Shown one piece after another: positions 1 to 8,754 of a stretch of 64,000 bases of DNA. Within the stretch, counting starts at the first letter, position 1; each line of letters starts with the position of its first letter. The position numbers were made by a program, and so were the translations under genes. A model generated the notes under the pieces. The model had not been told where the DNA came from. It made no database searches and was given only the letters and a program-made list of their open reading frames with translations. The stretch is from a virus (lineage: Duplodnaviria > Caudoviricetes), in the IMG/VR virus record IMGVR_UViG_3300033064_008235, positions 1,691-65,690 of that record. One strand, written 5' to 3'.

Positions 1-341
1 GAGCCTGTGGGGCCTAACATCAAGATATTGGCTTTGTCTAGTTCGGGCTCTGCTGTGGTTTTGTTGATTCGTTTGTAATGATTTACAATGGCCACAGCCA
101 ACATGATTTTGGCAGCATTTTGTCCAATCACATATTGGTCCAGATAATTCTTCAATGCAACAGGATCCATCCGGTCAGATGGTTGTGCAGGTGCCGCAGG
201 TGCTTCTTCGTCTGTGAGTAGATCTTGACAAAAGTCCACGCACTCGTTGCAGATACCTGCGTATTCTCCAACAATTAGTTTTTTCACTGAATCTTTGTTT
301 TTGCCGCAGAAGCTGCAGGATGTATGTGTTTCTTTGGTCAT
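1..341 (-). CDS. clpX: ClpX-like AAA+ unfoldase, N-terminal part (runs off window)
   Basis: Manual translation [34 protein letters not shown] (C4 zinc-binding domain), [38 protein letters not shown] (Walker A). ATGA overlap with the upstream ORF stop. Confidence 0.93.
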   Translation of the reverse strand, partial: MTKETHTSCSFCGKNKDSVKKLIVGEYAGICNECVDFCQDLLTDEEAPAAPAQPSDRMDPVALKNYLDQYVIGQNAAKIMLAVAIVNHYKRINKTTAEPELDKANILMLGPTG

Positions 342-1804
342 GTAGTTTGTGTTATACGTTGTTCAATTTGGTCACGTTCACTGTCACTCAGCTGATCAGG
401 ATCATATAGTCCTTGTTCAATTTGGTCAATCAAGTGATCAATATAAGCTGTATCGTAAGTATAGTTATCTTGTTGAGTATTGTCAACACTGATCCACGCA
501 GATCCATTATGTTTATATAGCCTATGTGGCCAAACATTGGTGGACATAAATGTATCACCTTTGCTTGCTTGTTGGGGCAATACAGTACCAAATCCCGATT
601 CAGGAATTTTAGGCAAATATTTCATCCAGGGCAGTTGATCTATCACTCCAACTTCTAGCAAACGTCGATGACGTTTTAATGTATCATCTGGATTATCAGC
701 TTTCCATTTTTCCTTGGCATGTTTGAGTTCAACGCTGTCAGTTTCATCTTGGTCATCATCAACTTGCACTGTGGGCAGAATAACTTTGATCTGTATGGGT
801 TCTTGATCATCACAAAATGGACCGTCGGCCACCTCACACATTCGGTTAGGGCAGAAGGGACCAATGCCAGGGGCATTTATCAATTGCGTACCGCATTTAT
901 AGCAAGGGTCTAGTGCTGGATCGCTGGCCTGGTGTTCCCGGATATCAACTGGTGGTTGGCTTGGAACAGTGCTGTCAGCAATTGAGTTGGACCATGGTGT
1001 TTCTTGCTCATGTTCGGGTATGTCTTCATTAATTTCTTTTGTCAATGGTTTGGGCGCCCACTTGAGACTTTCTGTAGCAGCTAACAACATCATGATGGCC
1101 AATGGATCAAACACGCATACCAGCAGTATGATCACCCAACGCACAGACCGTTCTAACAGGTTAGAATCAGGATTGTCTCCGTAAATCATCGAAGCTATGT
1201 ATTTTATTGGTCCGACTTCTGCTTCCACCTTACGTACTTCTGCGCGAATAGGTGCGGCTTCTTCATTAAGAATACCAATAAGTTTCTGGTTGGCTTCAAT
1301 GTCTTTGGCCAACGCACTGCGATCACGAGACTGAGCTTTGCGTATTGAAACTGCTTTGTCGGCACCTTTTTCATCTGTCGAGCGGCCCATGACTTGGTCA
1401 ACCGCCTCATCCATCTGTTTAATTTGTTTGCGGTTGGCTTCAATGTTTTCTTTTGCTGTTTTAATTTTTTCATCATATATTGCGATCTTGCTTTGGGTAT
1501 CACCACTTATCAAAATTTGATCACTGTGTGCTTTTGACAAAAAACCAAAGATACCCATACTAGTAATCAGCATCAGCATACACACAGCCGACACTAGATA
1601 CAGTTTCATCAACCAACGGCAGCGTGACCAGTATTCGTGCAGCCACAATGTGACCACAACTTTTGCCAATTCTAATACAGAACCCATGATTATGATGGGT
1701 ATCACAGCCGCGGCAAATATAGTAGCAAGACCAGCAATACTGTAATATGCAGCAATGGCACTGAGGCTTAGGGCCACCGCCAAAGTAATAAGACTAAGAA
1801 ACAT
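338..1804 (-). CDS. Membrane protein with coiled coil and C-terminal Cys cluster, unknown function
   Basis: Three N-terminal hydrophobic segments, heptad-rich middle, a fourth TM ([15 protein letters not shown]), CxxC..CxxxxC. Confidence 0.75.
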   Translation of the reverse strand: MFLSLITLAVALSLSAIAAYYSIAGLATIFAAAVIPIIIMGSVLELAKVVVTLWLHEYWSRCRWLMKLYLVSAVCMLMLITSMGIFGFLSKAHSDQILISGDTQSKIAIYDEKIKTAKENIEANRKQIKQMDEAVDQVMGRSTDEKGADKAVSIRKAQSRDRSALAKDIEANQKLIGILNEEAAPIRAEVRKVEAEVGPIKYIASMIYGDNPDSNLLERSVRWVIILLVCVFDPLAIMMLLAATESLKWAPKPLTKEINEDIPEHEQETPWSNSIADSTVPSQPPVDIREHQASDPALDPCYKCGTQLINAPGIGPFCPNRMCEVADGPFCDDQEPIQIKVILPTVQVDDDQDETDSVELKHAKEKWKADNPDDTLKRHRRLLEVGVIDQLPWMKYLPKIPESGFGTVLPQQASKGDTFMSTNVWPHRLYKHNGSAWISVDNTQQDNYTYDTAYIDHLIDQIEQGLYDPDQLSDSERDQIEQRITQTT

Positions 1805-1808
1805 AAGA

Positions 1809-2159
1809 TTATTTACCAGGCGATGCTAGCACAGTTACCGGATACTTTATAGCTATCCAGGTAGCAAACTTTTCATCAGGCACATCAAACCACACACGAC
1901 AGGTGATCTTAACACTGGGTGGCCACCCATTTACACTGCTGGGCCATATATGGTGCAGTCGATCTAGTCGACGTTTCACACCTGATTGGCTACGCCACCC
2001 ACCAATGCCAAATTCACGATTGGCCTCGGCAATGATTTTGTACCAGACTTTGGTACTGTCAATCTCTATCCAAATACGGTGCATGGGCAAGGGCGTTACT
2101 CCAAGCGAATTGAATGATTCGGACATACTCAACGCAGAGGTCCCAACTTCAATAGACAT
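1809..2159 (-). CDS. Hypothetical protein
   Basis: 116 aa ORF in tandem array; AAGGA upstream of start. Confidence 0.65.
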   Translation of the reverse strand: MSIEVGTSALSMSESFNSLGVTPLPMHRIWIEIDSTKVWYKIIAEANREFGIGGWRSQSGVKRRLDRLHHIWPSSVNGWPPSVKITCRVWFDVPDEKFATWIAIKYPVTVLASPGK

Positions 2160-2164
2160 TTACA

Positions 2165-2346
2165 TATCCTTTCCAGATTATTCCTCGTGGCATACTCCCA
2201 GGGTACCAGCCTGGTTTTGATCTTTCGATCGAGGTCCTTGTCGCATCCTCAGAGAATTACATCTACCTGCCACGGATGTCCGCAGGCCCGGGTGATTGAC
2301 TCACTCCGCAGACATCCACTTGACTACTCCACCTCCCTGCCCATGC
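2165..2346 (-). ncRNA. Candidate structured ncRNA or 5' leader
   Basis: No credible ORF. Stems 2274-2285/2306-2317, 2187-2192/2268-2273, 2198-2202/2210-2214 and 2231-2234/2247-2250, plus a GATC-GAAA-GATC hairpin at 2219-2230. Directly downstream of a sigma70 promoter. Confidence 0.6.
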
Positions 2347-2352
2347 ATAGTA

Positions 2353-2381
2353 AGTATAGCAAAGATACAGAGGGTTGTCAA
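2353..2381 (-). promoter_or_regulatory. Sigma70-type early promoter
   Basis: TTGACA-17 bp-TATACT on minus strand. Confidence 0.8.
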
Positions 2382-2415
2382 TTTTAACTTGAACAGTAAG
2401 TGCCCAATTTGTTTC

Positions 2416-2634
2416 TTAATGAAAGTCGCCGCGTGGCATAGTGCAGGCTTCTGCCACTAGAGATTGCACTTCTTGTACTGTATTGCACAGTATCCTGACA
2501 CTGACATAATCGTCTTTTTTGTTGTAGCCGCCGGCTTCAACCATGAAGCCATTGTCATACAAGTGAACGGTAAAGTAGTCATTTACTTTGATCAGCTTGT
2601 CACTGAGTTGAGTTACTGTTTTTTCTGTTGCCAT
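2416..2634 (-). CDS. Hypothetical protein
   Basis: 72 aa ORF with AGGA RBS. Confidence 0.7.
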   Translation of the reverse strand: MATEKTVTQLSDKLIKVNDYFTVHLYDNGFMVEAGGYNKKDDYVSVRILCNTVQEVQSLVAEACTMPRGDFH

Positions 2635-2667
2635 AATTTATTCCTGAGTTAGAGGTTACCAATTGAA

Positions 2668-3003
2668 TTAGTCATGAAATTGTCCTTGAAAACAATGGCG
2701 CAATTTGTGACCAAATATTTGATGTGAAGTGTTTGTACTGGTATAAATCACGCATGTGGGCACTCCGACTGTACCTGGACTCACAGCCGCACAACCCAAA
2801 AACACTTTGTCAAAGATAAGTGTTTTATCTTTTGGTCTACATACCGTTTGTAACTGTTGATCTGACACCCTGATCCACTGAAGTATAATTTTACTACTGC
2901 CTTCAGCTTGATAAAAGTGCTGATTTTCAAATACCCAAGCACCACTGATATTAGATGCGCATCCAACAAGAAAAACAAGTGAGGCCAAGATGAGATGTCT
3001 CAT
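2668..3003 (-). CDS. Putative lipoprotein with degenerate zincin-like motif (HKLRH)
   Basis: Lipobox LVGC; C-terminal GHKLRHCF..H resembles HExxH with E replaced by K. Confidence 0.6.
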   Translation of the reverse strand: MRHLILASLVFLVGCASNISGAWVFENQHFYQAEGSSKIILQWIRVSDQQLQTVCRPKDKTLIFDKVFLGCAAVSPGTVGVPTCVIYTSTNTSHQIFGHKLRHCFQGQFHD

Positions 3004-3016
3004 TATTCTATGCCTA

Positions 3017-3316
3017 TCATTGCTCGTATGCTACCCAACATTTATTTCTGTGATCCCAATGACGATTATCGTGTACACCAGTATGGAATTCCCATCCTAA
3101 CAATCCTAGTTCAAGTCTAATACCGGCATGGTCTTGCATAGTGGTATATTGGAATTCAAATCTAAACCAGTTGTTGGTTTTAAGCACTTCAATTTCTAAT
3201 GTTTTGTGTTTGGTAATCGGCTTTGCTCTATTCCAAACATTTTCAAACTGTTCAGACCAAGGATTGCGGATATTAAAATTTAAATAGATCACAGCACTTT
3301 GCCTAATCCCAGCCAA
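3017..3316 (-). CDS. Hypothetical protein
   Basis: ORF in tandem minus-strand array; start uncertain. Confidence 0.6.
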   Translation of the reverse strand: MAGIRQSAVIYLNFNIRNPWSEQFENVWNRAKPITKHKTLEIEVLKTNNWFRFEFQYTTMQDHAGIRLELGLLGWEFHTGVHDNRHWDHRNKCWVAYEQ

Positions 3317-3513
3317 ATTAGTTGATCTAACTCTGTTTGATAGTCATTGCACAATCTACGCTTTTCGTAGATTGCTTGCAACAGTTCTTTACCATCGCCA
3401 AAGTCGCTGCCGCCAGCACCACGAGCGTCTAGTTCATCAATGAGATCATCTGTGTCAAAGTCTGACAGATCAACATCTACTTCAACTTCTGTATAAATTG
3501 TTTTATATGTCAT
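3289..3513 (-). CDS. Hypothetical acidic protein
   Basis: ATGA overlap with ligase stop. Confidence 0.7.
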   Translation of the reverse strand: MTYKTIYTEVEVDVDLSDFDTDDLIDELDARGAGGSDFGDGKELLQAIYEKRRLCNDYQTELDQLIWLGLGKVL

Positions 3514-4898
3514 AGTTTATCCCCTGGTTCAAATCCGCGAAATCTCATGAATCTTGGGAACCTGAGGCTGTAGGTTCCGTTTTGATTTTGCGTAACTGCG
3601 TCCGCTTCAACTTCAACCACATGACCAAGTAACTGATCCCGGGAAGCCCAATACTCATCACGATCGCTGTCAGACAAACCACTACCAACATTAACTCTGA
3701 TGTTTCTGCCATTATCAACTCCTTCACATACTATAGCACCCAACCGGCCAGCATTGCGACCAGTTCCTTCCTCAAATCCCACAATATTGAGATCCACAGT
3801 GATTGTAGGCTTATATTTCATCCAGCTGCTGGATCTCTTGCATTCGTAAGGTGCAGACAGATCTTTGATCATAATGCCTTCGAATCCATCTCGTACTGCA
3901 TCTTGGGCATAACGATTCATAACGTCATGGCCCTCGGCAGTGTCCAGATCCACGTCAATGCCCGACATGATGCGCAAACAGTTGGTATTCATTAGTCGAT
4001 CTCGACTGCTTTCCACCCAATCAAGACGCCTGGCTTGATTGGCATTACAATGCCCTTCCATAAACTCATCCAGTGGCATGGCATCAAAGATATGATATAC
4101 CATGTCTGAAGTTTCTGCATTGCTCTTGCGATGTGCTTGGCGCATGAGCTTTTGAAAACTCTCACCCACCACTTCGCCATCAAGAATAAAGCTGCCTTTG
4201 ATTGGAGAGTGTGCCAGTAGTGCAGCTCGAGATTCCATCACAGCATCGGCAATCTGTGGAAAGTTTGTGAATTCTTTACCGTTACGGCTGTACAATGTGC
4301 AACCATTTACATTTACCACGGCTATAACCCGTACACCATCCAGCTTGACTTCCAAGCGTTTAATGCCTTTCATCTTGGCCGGACGATCTGTGGAGTCTTG
4401 TGCCAGTTGGCAAGAGAACACAGGAATACGATATTGTGTTTTGCCCAGTACCTTGTTTAGTGTCTTTTCGCTGATGCCACAACGTAGATCTTTGCGAATC
4501 ACCGGAGCACAGATTGTGTTCCATTCTTCACTATCAAATTCTTCACTCACACGAAGCATAAAGTCACGAGCTGCATGTCCAGTGCTAGATCGTGTGCGTA
4601 GACTTTCCAGTAAGGCCCAAAACATCGGCCAGGGATTGTCACGTCCAACAAGTCCTTGAGTTTCGGGCACTTGTTTTACATGAAAAGTATAAAACGGATT
4701 GTATGCTTGATAACAATTGAACAAAAAAGACTGTGCGTCGGCACTGCCCAATTTTGCCGCCATCAATGCTTTTTCAATCACTTTCTCTTTGTGAATGCGA
4801 CTGTCCGAACTATTGAGATCTGTTATCCAACCCGAGGACATGAATCCTTTGAAACGATCATCATCGATAGTGTATGGTGCAAGTGGCTCATAAATCAT
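3510..4898 (-). CDS. lig: ATP-dependent DNA ligase (T4 gp30-like)
   Basis: Motifs EVKLDGVR, ILDGEV, YHIFD, EGIMIK, KRSSSWMKYKP, VNVGSG, SLRFPRF. Confidence 0.95.
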   Translation of the reverse strand: MIYEPLAPYTIDDDRFKGFMSSGWITDLNSSDSRIHKEKVIEKALMAAKLGSADAQSFLFNCYQAYNPFYTFHVKQVPETQGLVGRDNPWPMFWALLESLRTRSSTGHAARDFMLRVSEEFDSEEWNTICAPVIRKDLRCGISEKTLNKVLGKTQYRIPVFSCQLAQDSTDRPAKMKGIKRLEVKLDGVRVIAVVNVNGCTLYSRNGKEFTNFPQIADAVMESRAALLAHSPIKGSFILDGEVVGESFQKLMRQAHRKSNAETSDMVYHIFDAMPLDEFMEGHCNANQARRLDWVESSRDRLMNTNCLRIMSGIDVDLDTAEGHDVMNRYAQDAVRDGFEGIMIKDLSAPYECKRSSSWMKYKPTITVDLNIVGFEEGTGRNAGRLGAIVCEGVDNGRNIRVNVGSGLSDSDRDEYWASRDQLLGHVVEVEADAVTQNQNGTYSLRFPRFMRFRGFEPGDKL

Positions 4899-4901
4899 TA
4901 T

Positions 4902-5363
4902 TTACTCTTCTTTCTGTTTGGTTAATGCACATACGAACAAAAACTTTTCGTAGGCATCACGCACTGCTGGATTAGAGTATAACACATCTGCTTCGGCAAA
5001 TAAAGCATTGATTCCTGCTTGTGCAATATCGTGGGCACTAGTGCCGTGCAGTGTATATAGTTCAGTACCATACAGTTTGGCCAGTTTCTTCCAAGCCCGA
5101 TGTTGTTCATCTGTTACAGGTTTTGGTGCTGGTTTCAACTCACTGGCCATATGCATGGCTCTGACCATGGCATCCTGGGCAACCCTACTAGCAGCAATCA
5201 ATCCAGCATAGTCAGGATCAATATTGCGACGGGTGCTGCTGCCACCGGGATTTGTCACAACAAGATGAGCGCCCTTGGGGAACGATTCCCCAAGCCGGCT
5301 GTCGTGCTCACGCACAGGTTTATACCTGCGTCCTACTTTTTCGTAAAATACTGTTGTTACCAT
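4902..5363 (-). CDS. Hypothetical protein
   Basis: 153 aa ORF, overlap-coupled to neighbours. Confidence 0.7.
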   Translation of the reverse strand: MVTTVFYEKVGRRYKPVREHDSRLGESFPKGAHLVVTNPGGSSTRRNIDPDYAGLIAASRVAQDAMVRAMHMASELKPAPKPVTDEQHRAWKKLAKLYGTELYTLHGTSAHDIAQAGINALFAEADVLYSNPAVRDAYEKFLFVCALTKQKEE

Positions 5364-5728
5364 GAGCTGTTGTAAAACACTTTTAGTCCCAGGAACAACT
5401 CAGCCTTGGCATTGCGAACAAATGCAAGATCATGTTCTAGGTAACGGTCGTCGCTGTTGGAGCCAAAGAAGAATCCGCTGGTGGCAGGCAACTGTTTTTT
5501 GTTGATATCCTGCTCCAGTGCCTCAAGATCTTCCCATGTGAGTTCTAGTTCAGTACCGTTGAACGGATCGCCAGGACAATAGCCCGGTCGGCCTTTGTGT
5601 TCCCACAACTGTTGCATCCATCCATGCAGATTAGGGTGTTTTCGCCAGTAGGCAATTTCACGATGTGATGATTCATCATCACCGTCACGCGGTTTTGTGG
5701 CTGTGTATGCATACATATCTAACCCCAT
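5357..5728 (-). CDS. Phage hypothetical protein (MGLDMY...YWRKHPNLHGWM type)
   Basis: Recognisable phage family motifs; GGAG RBS. Confidence 0.75.
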   Translation of the reverse strand: MGLDMYAYTATKPRDGDDESSHREIAYWRKHPNLHGWMQQLWEHKGRPGYCPGDPFNGTELELTWEDLEALEQDINKKQLPATSGFFFGSNSDDRYLEHDLAFVRNAKAELFLGLKVFYNSSW

Positions 5729-5738
5729 TTCTTGCTCC

Positions 5739-6080
5739 TCATGTTTTGACTAAGTTTGGCATTTTGCCATCTTTGAGTGTGCGCAGTAGAATACGATTGC
5801 GTTCATCTTGCTCTTTGCGCTCACGCTTCTTGTCCATGTCTTTGCCAATTACCATACAATCATAGTCACGTGCCCATTCAATGCCGCGCATGAAATAATC
5901 AGCAGCTTCTAATGAGCCTGCAAACAATTCAGCATCACGGCAGTAGATGGGCAATACATCCTTATCCTTGGGAATCAATGCTACATTTTCACTATACTTG
6001 CATGGAGCCAATTTCATTCCAAGACGATCTGCCTTTTCTTCTAAAGTACGAATTTGTTGAATTGTTTTCCAGCCTGTCAT
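5739..6080 (-). CDS. Hypothetical protein
   Basis: 113 aa ORF with AGGA RBS. Confidence 0.7.
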   Translation of the reverse strand: MTGWKTIQQIRTLEEKADRLGMKLAPCKYSENVALIPKDKDVLPIYCRDAELFAGSLEAADYFMRGIEWARDYDCMVIGKDMDKKRERKEQDERNRILLRTLKDGKMPNLVKT

Positions 6081-6111
6081 GATAGTTCCTATGTGTGCAA
6101 ATAATCAATGA

Positions 6112-6522
6112 CTATTTGGTGCCATACACAGCCATCATCAGGCTGTCAACTTCGGCTTCGGTTACCACCACTTGAGCTGCTGCTGCACGAGCTCGGGCTG
6201 CTTTGGCACGGATGGAATCCATGGTAGGAGCAGTTTTGGCACTCTTGACTGTTTTGGACACACGCACAGTCACAGTACGAGCAGGCTTGGCTTTGGGAGC
6301 CACTTCTGCTTGTAGTGCTTCACGAACTGCATCGGAGGTAGCAAAGCTGCTGGCCAAAAGATGTGCAACTGCACTGGCCTTGTCCATGGTAGACGGCAGC
6401 GGAACAATATTCACATCGGTGTCGCCCAGCTTGGCCAGCTGTTTGGCACGAGCCTCTGAGTTGGCAAAACGAACTTTGAGAACACCTTTGAGAACGGAAG
6501 TACCAGCGAAAGTGTAAGACAT
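6112..6522 (-). CDS. Basic Ala/Lys-rich early protein (KVRFAN motif), possibly nucleic-acid binding
   Basis: AGGAG RBS, own consensus promoter, K/A-rich tail. Confidence 0.75.
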   Translation of the reverse strand: MSYTFAGTSVLKGVLKVRFANSEARAKQLAKLGDTDVNIVPLPSTMDKASAVAHLLASSFATSDAVREALQAEVAPKAKPARTVTVRVSKTVKSAKTAPTMDSIRAKAARARAAAAQVVVTEAEVDSLMMAVYGTK

Positions 6523-6550
6523 AAAAACTCCTGAGTTAAATTAAAAATGT

Positions 6551-6579
6551 ATTATAACCGAAAACTTAATACCTGTCAA
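6551..6579 (-). promoter_or_regulatory. Sigma70 early promoter
   Basis: Perfect TTGACA-17-TATAAT. Confidence 0.9.
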
Positions 6580-6590
6580 CTTATACCCTT

Positions 6591-6788
6591 TTAGGCTGTA
6601 GGAGTATAGCCAACAAATTTAGTGTAGGATTCGCCTAGACGATATCGCACACCCGCAAATTGTACAGTCTGATCGCTCTCACGAATAACTTGATCGCCTT
6701 TGCTAATCTTGCCAATTGCCCAACCTGGTACTCGTACAACCACATCAATGCGGTATTGAGTTAGTGTATACGGTGCTTTTTGTTTCAT
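6591..6788 (-). CDS. Hypothetical protein
   Basis: 65 aa ORF in early cassette array. Confidence 0.6.
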   Translation of the reverse strand: MKQKAPYTLTQYRIDVVVRVPGWAIGKISKGDQVIRESDQTVQFAGVRYRLGESYTKFVGYTPTA

Positions 6789-6797
6789 TGGTACAGC

Positions 6798-7031
6798 TCA
6801 ATAGTGGTGGCGCGAACCAACATAGTTATAGTGGTTGAGTGCAGCATCGGGATCCGCACACTCGTCCCAATCCTCATCAGCTTCGCCAATCAGCAGATCG
6901 TTGGCGCTGCACATATCTTTAACATCGTTTTCGCTCATGTAAGCCATTGCCATTGCCATTTCTGCAACGTCTTTTGCTGAAATAACGCCCTCTTCCATCA
7001 TTTCAATCAGCTTGCTGGTGTATTCACGCAT
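6798..7031 (-). CDS. Small acidic hypothetical protein
   Basis: Start reassigned to MREYTSK (ATG 7031) after AAGGAG RBS. Confidence 0.7.
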   Translation of the reverse strand: MREYTSKLIEMMEEGVISAKDVAEMAMAMAYMSENDVKDMCSANDLLIGEADEDWDECADPDAALNHYNYVGSRHHY

Positions 7032-7056
7032 GTCAGCTCCTTGTTGCAATGTATGT

Positions 7057-7085
7057 ATTATAACACCGTTTCAATAACCTGTCAA
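7057..7085 (-). promoter_or_regulatory. Sigma70 early promoter
   Basis: Perfect TTGACA-17-TATAAT. Confidence 0.9.
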
Positions 7086-7086
7086 C

Positions 7087-7320
7087 TCAAAGGGTCTTTG
7101 CAAGTTCGTACTCAGCGTCACGTTCGTCCAGCACGCGGTTGAAGTCTTCAACAAGGACACGCTCGCGAACTTCGCCGTAGACATTGAAGGGCTTGTCAAC
7201 GATCACAGTGTGCTGGACCTTGCCACCGTACTTGACACGGCTAGATTCCACGGTGCCAGTGTAGGGGAACAGACCCATGTACAGTCCATTGATGCGTTCC
7301 CCGGTAAGATTCCATTTCAT
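7087..7320 (-). CDS. Hypothetical protein
   Basis: 77 aa ORF with AAGGAG RBS and own promoter. Confidence 0.75.
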   Translation of the reverse strand: MKWNLTGERINGLYMGLFPYTGTVESSRVKYGGKVQHTVIVDKPFNVYGEVRERVLVEDFNRVLDERDAEYELAKTL

Positions 7321-7350
7321 ATGCTGCTCCTTGTTGCTGTTTATGTGTAT

Positions 7351-7379
7351 ATTATAGCCGATCTAGCAATTCCGGTCAA
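7351..7379 (-). promoter_or_regulatory. Sigma70 early promoter
   Basis: TTGACC-17-TATAAT; near-copy of 7644-7672. Confidence 0.85.
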
Positions 7380-7380
7380 C

Positions 7381-7614
7381 CTATACGTTTACTTTATTCT
7401 CGTAGGAATAGCGTTTGAATTCCACGTATTCCACAGACCCCAGTACGTCTTCCACTTTCTTGCCTAGTTCGCACTCTACGTATCCCATGTTATCGAAGTA
7501 CCATTTTCCGTTGCCGGACTCCACACATTTCATCACATCCTCTACGGAACCAAACACTCCTACTAGGTCAGAACCTTCGTAATCCACAAAACCCAATAAC
7601 GAATAAACTTTCAT
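7381..7614 (-). CDS. Hypothetical protein
   Basis: 77 aa ORF with GAGG RBS and own promoter. Confidence 0.75.
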   Translation of the reverse strand: MKVYSLLGFVDYEGSDLVGVFGSVEDVMKCVESGNGKWYFDNMGYVECELGKKVEDVLGSVEYVEFKRYSYENKVNV

Positions 7615-7643
7615 TTTGAACCTCTTTTACTGTTTAAGTGTAT

Positions 7644-7672
7644 ATTATAGCCGGTCTGGCAATTCTGGTCAA
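7644..7672 (-). promoter_or_regulatory. Sigma70 early promoter
   Basis: TTGACC-17-TATAAT. Confidence 0.85.
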
Positions 7673-7697
7673 CCAAAATTTCGTGGATTTTTTCAAT

Positions 7698-7725
7698 AAA
7701 AAACCCTGCCTTGTGCAGGGTTTTT
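7698..7725. terminator. Intrinsic terminator after porin gene (bidirectional shape)
   Basis: AAAAAACCCTGC-loop-GCAGGGTTTTT inverted repeat. Confidence 0.8.
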
Positions 7726-7769
7726 GTGGTTATTTTGCAACAGATTGTTGCAAAATTAGGTTGACACAA

Positions 7770-8678
7770 TTAGAAATTGTATTCTATACCAACGCCGTAT
7801 TGTTTAACATCGGCTACTGATTTTACATTGTCAATATTAGCCCAACGACCATGCAGAGTCAGTGACTTGCTTATGTGGTAAGCCACACCAAGTGCTTTGG
7901 CAGTTACACCAGTGCTGGTTTCGCCGTAGCTGCCCAACAATGCAACATGTGAATTGATTGCTTGACGAACACCCACGCTCTTGCCTGTGCTGTTAACACC
8001 AGACACTTTGTCATCGCTGTACATGCCAAACACTGTGGTACCTGTTTTGGCCACAGTGTACTTGGCACCAAGGATGGTGCTTGAGCTGTTTACACGGTTG
8101 GAGTAACTTGCCACGGTAGCCGACACAGGGCCTGCTGAATAATCAATGCTGGCAGTGTGTGCATTGGTCACGCCGGCTGTTTCGCTGTTGGACACTGCGT
8201 AGTTACCTTTGAATCCGGCCACAGTTGGGGTGCTAACAAATACTGCGTTTTGCAAACGGCTACCTTGTGCATTATGAATTGTGGTTGCGGATGTGCCATA
8301 CGCATTTTCCATCACATCAAAGTTATCCAATGCACGAGTCACACTGTGCTTGTCGCGGCCTAGACCAATGGCACCAAACTTGCCGTCCAAACTGAACAGC
8401 GCAGTACGATCACCCAGTGTAGTAGCTCCAGGTGCGTCCATGAAAATTCCAGTTTCGATCACAGCACTGGCTGTGATACCATTGCCAACATTGGTTGTGG
8501 CCTTAAATCCCAGGCGACTGGAATCATTGGTCAATCGTGTCAATGCACCAGCGGTGCCCAAGGTATAAGATTCTTGATACTGACGGACTTTGCCATAGAC
8601 GCTGACTTGCGGGGTGGTTTGTGCCTGAGCAAAACCTGCGGCCAATGCCAGGGCCATTAGTAAAGCATATTTCTTCAT
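7770..8678 (-). CDS. Gram-negative general diffusion porin (betaproteobacterial type)
   Basis: Signal peptide (AFAQA-like), VSVYG, SSRLGFK, GAIGLGR, alternating beta strands, C-terminal YGVGIEYNF ending in Phe. Confidence 0.9.
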   Translation of the reverse strand: MKKYALLMALALAAGFAQAQTTPQVSVYGKVRQYQESYTLGTAGALTRLTNDSSRLGFKATTNVGNGITASAVIETGIFMDAPGATTLGDRTALFSLDGKFGAIGLGRDKHSVTRALDNFDVMENAYGTSATTIHNAQGSRLQNAVFVSTPTVAGFKGNYAVSNSETAGVTNAHTASIDYSAGPVSATVASYSNRVNSSSTILGAKYTVAKTGTTVFGMYSDDKVSGVNSTGKSVGVRQAINSHVALLGSYGETSTGVTAKALGVAYHISKSLTLHGRWANIDNVKSVADVKQYGVGIEYNF

Positions 8679-8754
8679 GAAGTTTTCCTTTTAAAAAATT
8701 GTTGTTATGTACCCAAAGGCACATTCTTACTTAGCTAGTATAGCAATGTAATTG

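Noticed and set aside
2224-2253. Hammerhead ribozyme (CUGAGGA...GAAA on minus strand)
   Set aside because: The segment between the two core motifs does not form stem II, and the GAAA is better explained as a GNRA tetraloop.
6943-6960. GCCATT x3 microrepeat (MAMAMA)
   Set aside because: In-frame 6 bp duplication with no evident functional consequence.
6523-7675. CRISPR array or integron attC sites from the repeated intergenic motif
   Set aside because: The repeats are sigma70 promoters separated by whole genes, with no attC-like palindrome or integrase.
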